Below, piece after piece: positions 12,473 to 23,043 of a stretch of 35,537 nt of DNA. Numbering within the stretch: the stretch's first letter is position 1; every line of letters begins with the position of its first letter. The notes under the pieces were generated by a model. That model ran no database searches, was not told where the DNA came from, and saw only the letters and a list, made by a program, of their open reading frames with translations. Source of the DNA: Paraglomus brasilianum (taxonomy: Eukaryota); NCBI GenBank assembly GCA_910592345.1, contig CAJVPI010000320.1, positions 1-35,537 on the forward strand, in the 5' to 3' direction. A program made the translations under genes and the position numbers.

Positions 12473-15400
12473 TATCAGCTACCCAATTCAGATTTCCCCA
12501 TAGAAGCAGGTTTAATACGCTAATATTTTATGAAATGAGTTTCAGTTTATGACAATAAAATATCTGTGAAGGCGAATGCTGAGAAGGTTCTAATTGTTAG
12601 GAAGAAATGGGAGCGGTCGGTTCTATCAAGCCAGGCGATTTGGGCATTAAAATGCCAAGAGGGTGTACTTTGTCAAAGAGAGTAATTTATTGATTTTTTT
12701 GATTGGTTGCACAGCACGTTTGGAATGCTCATGCGATGGCATTGTTGCATTTATTCTTCCTAGTATATGGAAAATACCTACAATTTACGCGTCGCTACTT
12801 ATGGTAACAAAGGGTTGAAGAGAAGTTGATTTTCTTATTTTACAAATTCTCTAATTTCCTTCCAATATACTTGTCAGATGCATAACATTGCAATTGCATA
12901 ACTGAAAAATTGTTACACTATAGGTGCGCCGTGAAGAGAAGCTGCGGCAGCAGCAATTGTCGAGATGATTTCATCTTAAATATTTACTCTCCACTATGTA
13001 GTATGAAGAAAGTTCTTCACGTTTTGCGTTTGCTTCGAGGAGTAGGATAAGAAGATTCACATCGATTATACGCCTGGCTATAGTCTGAGTATCAATAAAT
13101 GATGAAAATGAATCACCATTACTCTTTGATTTACCATAGGATATTTAAACATCGATGTTTGACAGCGTCCCCACTAATAGACACAATGGGATACCGTAAT
13201 TACGTGGTGATTAAATAGACACTTACATCAAAGATAAAGATTTAGTTATAATGCTACTCAATGAACCTAATTGCAATGTGTCGTTTTATTCTTAACTAAA
13301 AAGCTAGGATGACGAAGCAAACATTTCTATCCTTCAATGACAATACAGCAAGTTGGTTACATTGCCATCATGACGTACAGCTGATAATCATAAGGAGAAA
13401 TCGCATTCATGCTGTATTAACTACAGATCGAAAAGAAAGTAAAGCTGTAACTCCGAAATTTGCTTTACAATACAAATCAAGTTATTGTTATGACTAACTA
13501 CTTTATAACCCATTGCTCAAAACAAAATGTGAATCGTTGCGTTCGTACAAGATAACCGGCGTGAAGAACAGCTAGGGTTAGATCTTCAATTTTTTGTCAG
13601 AAGCAATTTCAGTGATATTACAAAATCATACCAAAATGTCCATAACAATGAATTATCGAGCAAGCTGATAGTATTATCCTTCCCATTGTAATATCACTAT
13701 CCTTGGGAACTTGAACTATGTTTGATACTTTTGGTGAAAATACGAGGTTAGAAGAATAATAAATTTATGAATCCAACCATTTGTAGAAATCTTACAATTA
13801 TTATCGGCTGGATTAAGAGAGAAAAGTGTGTTAGTATTAGAATTCGAAAATAAGTTTCGATTTCAGCACTCAATTCAAATTACATACAGCCCGCGACACC
13901 AACATATAGATTGGATTTCTTGTTTTTGAGGTAGCCTCCGTCAAGGCTGTTGATGTATCTTCCGTCAAGGTTTTCGATAAACCAGAGCTGGCTATCATAC
14001 TAAAATAGAAAAAACAATCTGATAAACTGAAATATACCCGTAACATCATTTGAACGCAATACACACGTCCTCATCTCTTTCGGCATATTGGACAATTTCA
14101 GCATTAACGTTGTTGGAGCCATCCTTAATGTCAAAGACCTTTCCAGAATGTTGCGCTATGATCCGAAATCTGCACTCATTTTTTCTGTTGAATGGAAAAG
14201 ATTTATAAAAAGAGCTTTTTTAGAGGAGAAAGTTGGGGGGTTTTTTTCCAAAGTGAGGCAGACCTCTTTAAATAATAAAGAGGTTCCAAATATATATTTT
14301 TTTTCTTTTGCGCATGTTGGATCAAACGACAATCTATCCGACAACATATTACGCAGCGAAAATAATTTCTTCCGGGTTGCCGACAAATAGACAGCTTGAA
14401 ATAATAAAGGAAATATTTTCGCTGTGTGCGATGTAACATGTCTGGCGCGTGTAGCATTTCGAAATATTTATGTCTGACGGATGTAATATTTTCTCTGTGA
14501 CGGGTATAGCATATCGATCAAAAAGGAAAACATATTCAGCGAATCATTGGGAAGCTGTATGAAGGCTTTTCCAATCGTTGGGTTTCACTGAATTATAGAC
14601 GAATCAGGTGAAAGTTGTATTTGAGACATCTCGTGAAAGATTCTTCGACTTTAAATCTCGCGCAAAGAAACACCGGATCTTAAATCAGCTATAAAGGCCA
14701 TTAATGCAATTGGTGGCAATTGGTGTGGTTATACTATAAAAAGTAAATGAAAATTGGTACGAAAGGACAACAAATTTGGAAATATTTATATCAAATTGAC
14801 CAAAGCCATTAAAGGACTTGGCTTTGATAGATAGCCTAATATTCGTGCTCCAGTTCTTCCATCATATAAGCCACAGGGATGGGGAAAACGATATCTAATT
14901 CACTCCAATAGACCAGTGGTATTTTGTTGTATAGTACCATGGGTACTTTGATCGGATAATGGTATTATACTAGGGGTAGGACGATGTAAATCGCCATTTA
15001 TTGGTTGTAACTAGAGCTTGAGTTATGAGGGGCTTCGCCCCTTTACCTTGTGATTGCGTTTCTGGCTAGAACTTGAATTTTAAAAGCGGCCTGTCTTATG
15101 GTTTAGTGTAATAGTTGGATTATTAGATGTCATTCATTCATGTTAAAAAAGACGCCTTAATTAAACCGAATCGAAGCTATTGAGATGACCATTCTATTGA
15201 GCGAAAAATAATTGTTCATTAAAGATAAAGATCATGTTAGAATTTCGGCCATTTCTCGCCAATTATTTTTTCTGCGTCTCGGGCCTCGGCTATAGTTTCA
15301 AGTTTCTTCATTAGTAGCTTTACGAGAAATAACTAGGATGATTCGAGAGTGTATGTAACCACAATGTCGAATACCATGTGTAACAAAAAACGTAATTACA

Positions 15401-16176
15401 AATATGTCCGCTATAACAAATAATGGCTCGTTAAAAAGCTAAAGAGATGTAGATTTATTATTTTGAAATATGCTCTCCTTAGTTTTTACAGACTTACATT
15501 CTCGTTTTATTGAGTTTAAAAATTGAATTATAGTCTGTTCTGGACAAATTACCAGCCAAATTTTTCACGTTTTAACGTTCCATACTTTCCTTTTACTTAT
15601 GCCATAAAATTTATCCAAGTAATTCTGTCCAGATTGTTTATTCGATGTGCTATGAAAAACTAAAATTATTTTGACATACAAGTTATTATTATCCTGGTCA
15701 ATTAATTTTCTGAACATGAAATACAAATCAAACCATAGACGGAACAGCTAATACTCTGACTTGTGCCTCACGTTTTTTTTGTTACACGCTGTATATCCGT
15801 TCGTGCAGGTCCTCTTTGTAAGTCGTTTATTAATAAAATCTATGAATATGGGAGTGAAATAAATGCTATTTTTAAGGACTGCAGAAGAAAACATGGAACG
15901 AAACGCGGAAATTTGCGCCACTCACTGATTGGCTGTTTTCAAGAATTGCCACCATCTTAAAAACAAATGGTTTTATGAGATCGTATTCTTATCGCAAAAT
16001 CCCACCATCATTTTCACGTTTATGTTTTACTTTACTGCAGGAAAAGTGCCTTATCTGGATGGTACTAACTATATTCATATTCATTCACAACCTCATTCAG
16101 GCAAACAAAGCACAAACGAATCTACTGCGGTTAATAATATCTGCATTATTCTGAAAATGAATTCTTACCTACTATC

Positions 16177-18008
16177 ATGTATAGACGCTCGCTGCTAGTA
16201 CCTCCAAGAAGAATTACTTACAAGGAACCTCGCGAACTATTAAGTGAAAGCGATAAATCTAAAATTTATAAAGCTACATATACGAACGATGAAGGAGAAC
16301 AATTGACAGTTGCTATAAAACATACAAAGGTACAATTATAGAACAGAAGAATGTTTCTCTGAATATGAACCCTCGTGTCCCAGCTTTCATCAATAATCCG
16401 TTATGCTAGAAATCGCTTACGAGAAATGTGGAAGAATTTGAAAAATATGATGCTCTCCTCGGCTCATCTAATATTCTCCGATGCTACGGCCTGCTGGTAG
16501 AAAAGGACCAGGAAAACGAAAATAGTGAAAGGATCTCGCTTGTGCTTGAATACGCCCGCCATGGGAACCTCTTTGACTACTTGCAGCATCATTCGGTTTC
16601 ATGGGAAAAGAAAATAAAGATGTGCCAACAGATTGCTGAAGGTTTAGAATACTGCCATAAGAAAAACATAATACACTTAGATGTGAAACCAGAAAACGTG
16701 TTAGTCGACGATGATGAAATTCCAAAGTTAGCAGTAAGTATTGAAGCGAAGCGAAAACACCTAATTTTGAAAGTGTTACGGTAGTTCTGAAATTGTTAAA
16801 CATGACAGGATTTCGAAATGAGCAAGATAAAAACTAAGCTTAGAGACGAATTCGAAGAAACGGGAGGGACATACAATTGGCTAGCTCCTGGTAAGAGGTT
16901 TTGGCGGCCTTACTAACAAGTTCAAGTAACTGATTTTAAAATTATTTAAGAGAGATTACAGGGTACTTCAACAGACAAAGAAGACTTCAGAGAGTAAGCA
17001 ATAATTTCAGCCACAGTAATTAGTGATATATGACTGATATGAGACTTGCTTTCACGCAGGAACCCCGAGATGTCGGATGTTTATTCATTTGGTTTAATAT
17101 TATGGTCAGGTGATTATCATATCACTCGTAATCATCATACTTTTATTCGGCGCGTCATTCATGTCAACATGTCTACGTTGTATAATTAGTTGCTTTGAAT
17201 GGTGAAACACCCTATATCGGCTTATTAGCACAAGAAATAGTGACCAAGAAGATGGCTTGGAATGAACATTTTGAGTTGAAGAAACGTCTCCCCAAAGATA
17301 TGCCTATTGATTTTGGACAGCTGTTTCTTGAGTTAACACAACCGGATGTTAGGATAAGGACAAAATTGAAAGATGCTATTATCAGCTTGCAAAAATTAAC
17401 TGGACAGAAGAAAGAACATAACAACGATTTGGATCTTTCACTGGTTAAATACATTTATGCCATTGATTAATAAAGTGTTATTCTCATTGCAAAATGTATT
17501 CCTCACTCCAAATTTATTATATACTTTTTTACAGGATATAGAACGATTGGAAGAAGATATAGAACTGAGACTATCAACCTCTCTGGCAGACCCGCTAGTT
17601 GAATATCTTGCAAAAGTGTCAGGAATGGGGCCGGAGTTAGTGGACACTTTGACTACTGCTTTACTACCACAAAAGTTACGCAAGCAAATTAATGCAAATT
17701 ATGGATCAAAGTACGGATTAATCAGACAGTTGCGAGATATCTCACGGCTTTTTGGTGAAAACAATCTGAAAAAGTTAGTAGAAAGAATTGACAAGACAAC
17801 GCCAGAGCGGTTTGTCAGACATTTCAAAGCTACTTTTTTAGGAGACTTTCATAATGATAGAACTGAGGCATATTCTGATAAGGATGTTGTCAGTCTAATG
17901 GAAGCAGTTGATCACATGTCACCAGAGCAATTTGTACAAGTATTTAAAGACATGTTTAAAAGAAAGACAGAGACAGTTAAATTAGTAGAATCAGAAGATA
18001 ACAATTAG
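16177..18008 (+). CDS. Atypical TKL-like protein kinase with an uncharacterised helical C-terminal domain; multi-exon, 5' end uncertain
   Basis: Spliced product contains VAIK, LVLEYARHGNL, IIHLDVKPENVLV, KLA|DFE, GGTYNWLAPE, SDVYSFGLILW and GETPY. The GT-AG introns are phase-consistent. The last exon ends at 18008. Confidence 0.85.
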
Positions 18009-18193
18009 TCGAGTTACTGTGTAAACTATTATTTTGTCACTTATGTTATTAATATAGGGAAATGTTGTTTTTTTTGAATATTAAAGGATGTAAACCTTAT
18101 TGGTATGGTGGTTACATATGCTTAGAGAGGTTTGATTTGCTTAAAATAAATATTATGTTTGTATTTGGTCACCTGGGAGAGTGTTTGTGTCCA

Positions 18194-18260
18194 AACTTTC
18201 ACATTGTAAAGTTCTATAATGCTTCTTTTATAGTGAGTAAAAAAAACTTTATTGGATAAT
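18194..18260 (+). repeat. Dispersed ~65-bp repeat, copy 1
   Basis: AACTTTC.CA.TGTAA(A)GTTCTAT…TATAGT.AGTAAAAAAAACTTTATTGGATAAT recurs in the same orientation at 22258-22319. Confidence 0.8.
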
Positions 18261-18443
18261 ATGATTATGCTATTGAATGCTTTGGAAATAACCTCCAGAA
18301 TCGCTTGTTTTGCTTGAGTCATGGTACCCGTAAGAGTCTGACTCTGTGACTCGGCTTCCGCAACCCAAGCGTTGGCTGGATTCTGAAACTTTTAATATGT
18401 GGTATAATTTCGTTCCAATCATTTTGCTTTTGAATACTTACAT

Positions 18444-18720
18444 TAATTACTACATGACCCTCGAATCATGCATGCTACTTGGCTGACCAGTATAAATGTA
18501 GGTAATTTCTCCGCATGATCGACTATAGCCATTAATACTTTACGATTAATTATATTCAATTTGCGGTTGTTGAATTGGAATATGATGGCTCCAATTACGT
18601 TAGGTATGCGTTTCCTAAATTCAGGTGGAGCAAAACCTTCAACTACTTCTTGGATTGATTGATTGGTGGCCATCTGTCGTTATCGTGAAATTCTGCACCG
18701 ATCCCTGGCTGATACCAAAG
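18444..18720 (-). mobile_element. Degenerate PIF/Harbinger (DDE_Tnp_4, HARBI1-like) transposase fragment
   Basis: Across frameshifts: FGISQGSVQNFT / RWP / PNVIGAI[DG lost]HIPIQQP / INRK / AIVDH / TYIYTGQPSSMHDSRV. These are hallmark Harbinger transposase motifs. Confidence 0.8.
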
Positions 18721-19039
18721 GATGTTTCTAATTCCTTATAACATTATGGTTGTAGGAGTGGAAGCAATTTGAGCATGGTTTTGGTTTAGGAGGTTGTCTG
18801 AGAGGACAGGTCTTGTGAGTATGTTTGAGACTGGCAATCGAGACAGATTTGATCAGAATTTGCCCAGGTAAGAGCTATTGAAGAATCTAAAATATTTAGA
18901 TGAACAGGAATTTTGGCATTGGCTATAGTAATTGGATGGACTATGTACACCCAAGTGTAAGCTAGCCGTTAGTCCTTTTCCGACGGAAGCTTTTGCACCT
19001 TTAACTAGGATTATCTAATCTAGTTCCTTCTGTAGCTAC

Positions 19040-19565
19040 GCTTTCTCGGTAACTACAATATGTAAGGTACCAACAACGGTGGTACGATCAGTTGCTAGCT
19101 CACGAATATTGGTGAGTCGAAATCGCTGTTCTATGCAATTTTTAGATTCGAGAGGGCGTCGATTGAGTGCTTCAGTAAGAATGGATTTTCCAAGGGGATT
19201 GTTAACAATTAAGTCCAATGTTGTTTGAGAGGGCAATGTTTGTGGATCGGGAGGAAAGCCAAGATTATTGATGATAATTTGAAGTATCCTGAATACAATT
19301 GTCTATAAATTTCTTTTGCACCATCATCTGCTTAATGCAATAAAGAATCCTCGCAGGGTTGAAAACGCCTTCAGTTTGATAAGGATTAAAAAATACCCGT
19401 CATTTTCCTCCTTTAACCATATTATTATCCTCTCTTTAACATCAGATGGCAAACCAAGAGCGTCGTCCAAGAGAAGTTCAGTTTCTGACTTCTTAAACCC
19501 CAAAATTCTCTTCGTAGTAGTAGCGTCAAATCTTCCGAAATGTTAAATCCCGCACCTGAAATTCA
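19040..19565 (-). pseudogene. Fragment of an AAA-ATPase-like protein (PF09820 type, usually fused to a PD-(D/E)xK/DUF1703 nuclease)
   Basis: GFNISEDLTL / GFKKSETELLLDDAL…WLKEENDGYF / NPYQTEGVFNPARILYC, matching the SGFNI…GF…E…Y/NDGY.F…VFNP pattern; frameshifted, with stops. Confidence 0.55.
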
Positions 19566-19639
19566 TTTGAATGTTTAACACTATTGTCCTTCAATGGCTT
19601 AAGTAAAGCTTTCTCTATAAATCGGCAAAGAGTACACAT

Positions 19640-20522
19640 GGGAACCAATGATAGAATTTTATCACGCCGGAGCTGTCAATGTCGAAGGCTTGGTAAGCAT
19701 TTCTAATTTAGCATAACCATAAATATTAGTAAATATGACTGATATGGCTCCAAACTAAAGACAATATTAAGAGAGGATGTTGAAATGCCTGCGCGTGACC
19801 AGTAATTACATGTGAGTATTAAACATATGCAAAGCAAGATTGTTATTAACCTGCCTATGATAATAACCCGGATTTCTCATGAGACATTAAAGAAGAACAA
19901 CCACATGAACTTCTAGCCAATCGCGTGGGTCCGGAGAAAGGACAACCGAGATTAGGTGTCGGCGCTTGTAAATTCAATGCAGATGGGACTCTGCTGGCAT
20001 CACGCAATGGCAAGTCCGTACGTCATGATGCACCCGTCGCTAGTCTGTAACCCTCTCATTAACTTGTTACTCTTTTTAGACAATATGCCGCAGCGTGTGT
20101 GGATATGGGATATCTGTAGCATACAACCCATTGTATTAATCGTGCAATTAAAACTGGTCAAGCAATTCCTGTGGAATCCAATTAATCCTGATCAGCTGGC
20201 CATTTGCAGTGGATCCAATACTCTGTGTCCGCTCATGAGATGTATATTTATCATGTAGAAGTCCCAACAGTAAGTACTCATTTCACATTTATAAATATTT
20301 ATTGCAAAATCAACTTGACAGCGCAGATGATTTATTCTGCCATCTTTTTTTACAGCAACTTTCTGTGTAAACAACATCCGATGGCGTCCAGATGGGAAAT
20401 CCTTATTGATAATGGATAAAAATATATTCTCTACAGCTAATTTCCAGTGTAAAGAGGATGAGGCAGGTCAAGATTTAGTTTCAAATATTAATTCTTCACC
20501 TTCATCTTCTATTATCAAATAA
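19640..20522 (+). pseudogene. WRAP73: Intron-containing 3' fragment of WD40 protein WRAP73/WDR8, disrupted
   Basis: PRLGVGACKFNADGTLLASRN|DNMPQRVWIWDI…VKQFLWNPINPDQLAICSG…VEVPT…IRWRPDGKSLLIMDK resembles the WRAP73 C-terminus. It has an in-frame stop near 19803, frameshifts near 20225 and 20270, and no 5' half. Confidence 0.7.
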
Positions 20523-20765
20523 AGCTCGCTTAATATCGTCCCATTTTCCGTCGATGCTACTTACAATACTTCCAATATCCCTACTCATCATACGTCCAGC
20601 CTCTCCTCGCTGTTTCTAATACATTAACGGCAAGTTGAACAAATATCAAAAGATCACTACAGATATTACTGAAACTATGTGGGAGATGTTCATTAAATAG
20701 TTGCCTGTATTATACTGTCCGTTGCTAATTATAGATAGAGTCGAGCCACATATTCACGGCATATG

Positions 20766-21679
20766 CTAGAAAGGATGAGCAATAAATGGGAGTCTGTTGA
20801 GTCGTCGCGCTTTTGCAATCTCTTCTGGAGCTGTTTGAGAAAAAAGAAAGTTTGAATCAGTTCGGGAATCAACAGTTTCTATAAAAATTGACAAGGAAAC
20901 ATTAGAAATAGCCTTACTAGCTGCCTGCTTCTTCAAGTATTCACCCAGACGTATAGTAATAGAATTGATTTCCTCGGTTCTCAGTAATGGGCGCTGATCC
21001 ATTCTATCGACCTCACTCTCTAATTTAGTAATATTCTCGTCTGATTTCTGCACAGTGGTCTTTACTTCTCGAATATCTTGTTTTAGAAATCCGAGTGAAA
21101 TTCTGAGATCACTCAGTTCTGCTTCAATTTTAGAAACAGAACTGGCGATTGTAGCGATATCCAAACGCGGATCTGTATGCTGACGTCCAAATTTTTCTTT
21201 GAAAATTATGTGTAATTGTTAATCACCAGATATAATATAACAACGTTATAGAGATTAAAAAGTAACTTACCATCTAATGCAATCTCTAATTGTATACAAG
21301 AAGCAGTTGACAGACCCATTGCTTTTATGTGATCGAACCTTAAACGTTCTAATAATTGCCAGTCACGTAACAATCCCTCTTGAGCAAATATAGGCACGAT
21401 ATCGGCAAGTCCCTTGCTCTTTAGCCAACGACCGATCTCGGTCTCTGTCTCATCTGGACTACCAACCCGCAGACGTTTGTGTTGATTAACTAATCTTGTT
21501 GGTTCTCTGTTCGTTGAGCGAGCACGGACTGTATGATCACTAGCGAAAGGACGCAGAGCTTTTACTATATCGATATTTCTCTTATTGCCTTCTTTTAAGC
21601 CATGTTTCTTGCACAACTGCTGTAGTTCTATGCGGGTCATTTTTTGAAGAGAATCAACAGTGAAAGAACTATTTGGCAT
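20766..21679 (-). CDS. Uncharacterised protein: SAP/HeH-like N-terminus, SAM domain and coiled coil; probably 3 exons
   Basis: LQKMTRIELQQLCKKHGLKEG.K…IVKAL (SAP/HeH-like); EIGRWLKSKGLADIVPIFAQEGL…LLERLRFDHIKAMGLSTASCIQLEIAL (SAM); heptad-rich segment ending TPEEIAKARRLNRLPFIAHPF*. GTAAGT/GTAAGG donors join the ORFs in frame. Confidence 0.75.
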
Positions 21680-22257
21680 AGTTATTATAGTAAAAAAATG
21701 AGACGCGTGCTTTCAGTATTGGTAATTTATCACTATTAGTATGAGATCTATCACATGCAATAAATGCATATTTGATCACGCAGATAAGAATAAGTACACG
21801 CGTTGAAACACTTTTTCGTTTCTACAAAGGTACAAATTAAGGGAGAAGTTTCACATATGCAAATGTTCACAAAGACAACTTGAATATGTAGAATGTTTTG
21901 TATATCATTCTGGGTTATTTATTTATCCTAAAGTGAAAATTGATATGGGACGATCACATATTAATATTATCTGGAATATATTAGAAGGTATGCTAGAATA
22001 AGGGTTTCAAAAACTACCCATTTCCTGGAAGAATGTCTTTTGAGAAAGCCAGGCAGGATAATTTGGTTACTTGTGCAAAGAATTTATGTTCCCACTTGAA
22101 GAAATAGCAGATGTCGAAGACTCAGACAGAACTGTCAAAAAGATATTTATCATTTTAATCTTATATTCTCGAATTTAGTTTTTTTTTTTCAGTCCATCAC
22201 TAAATTTGGAGCTACCAAACCCGTTACTGGGGAATTCGGTAACAATTTCTTTTAGCG

Positions 22258-22319
22258 AACTTTCGCAATGTAAGTTCTATGTTTCTTTATAGTAAGTAAA
22301 AAAAACTTTATTGGATAAT
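22258..22319 (+). repeat. Dispersed ~65-bp repeat, copy 2
   Basis: Near-identical to 18194-18260. Confidence 0.8.
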
Positions 22320-22428
22320 GTCTAGTCATGTGATCTATCTTGTACCACCTTTTGTTGTTTCGACCAATTATAAACCGGCACGGGGATAAAATAAATTTGT
22401 TGCTCGATGATGTATTTGACTTTCAACC

Positions 22429-23043
22429 ATGGCGAAACATCATCCAGACTTGATTATGTGCAGAAAGCAACCGGGAATAGGTGAACTATAAATAGCAGGT
22501 AGACAATACAAAACTTGAACACTGAGCTAATTAAAGTTCTATTCTAAGCTATTGGTCGTTTGTGTGAGAAATGCGATGGCAAATGTGTTATTTGTGACTC
22601 GTAAGTATGAATAGATTGTATCGCTGACTTGATTTATAAAAAGATAAACGAAGACTAATGCGACGTCTTTAAATTAGATATGTACGCCCAGATACGCTTG
22701 TACGGTAATTTTAATTTAATTGTTCATAGGAATGTTGTTTGGAGCTGGTCTAGTAATTGACATCTGCTTTTTTATAGCATATGCGACGAATGTAACTATG
22801 GCTCATATCAGGGACGGTGTGTGATCTGTGGTGCCCCTGGTGTATCTGATGCTTATTACTGCAAAGAGTGTGTCTTGCAAGAGAAAGATGTAAGCTGTCG
22901 CAATAATTGAGTTTGTAAATGATTTATAGGTGCTTATTATTTTACTATTTTAGAGAGATGGGTGCCCAAAGATTGTGAACCTTGGATCATCGAAGACGGA
23001 CTTGTTCTATGAACGAAAAAAATATGGTTTCAAGAAGAGATGA
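22429..23043 (+). CDS. PHF5A: PHF5A/Rds3/Ini1 SF3b zinc-knot splicing factor, 5 exons including a 27-nt exon (22678-22704)
   Basis: Spliced: [110 protein letters not shown]. Absent from the ORF track. Confidence 0.98.

Noticed and set aside
15028..15042. Hairpin AGGGGC-TTC-GCCCCT
   Set aside because: Only 6 bp, with no following CTRR end or other context to call a Helitron end or terminator.
10035..23043. RBM39 and PHF5A (both U2/SF3b-associated) about 10 kb apart as a functional cluster
   Set aside because: Separated by unrelated genes and repeats; coincidence is the simplest explanation without synteny data.
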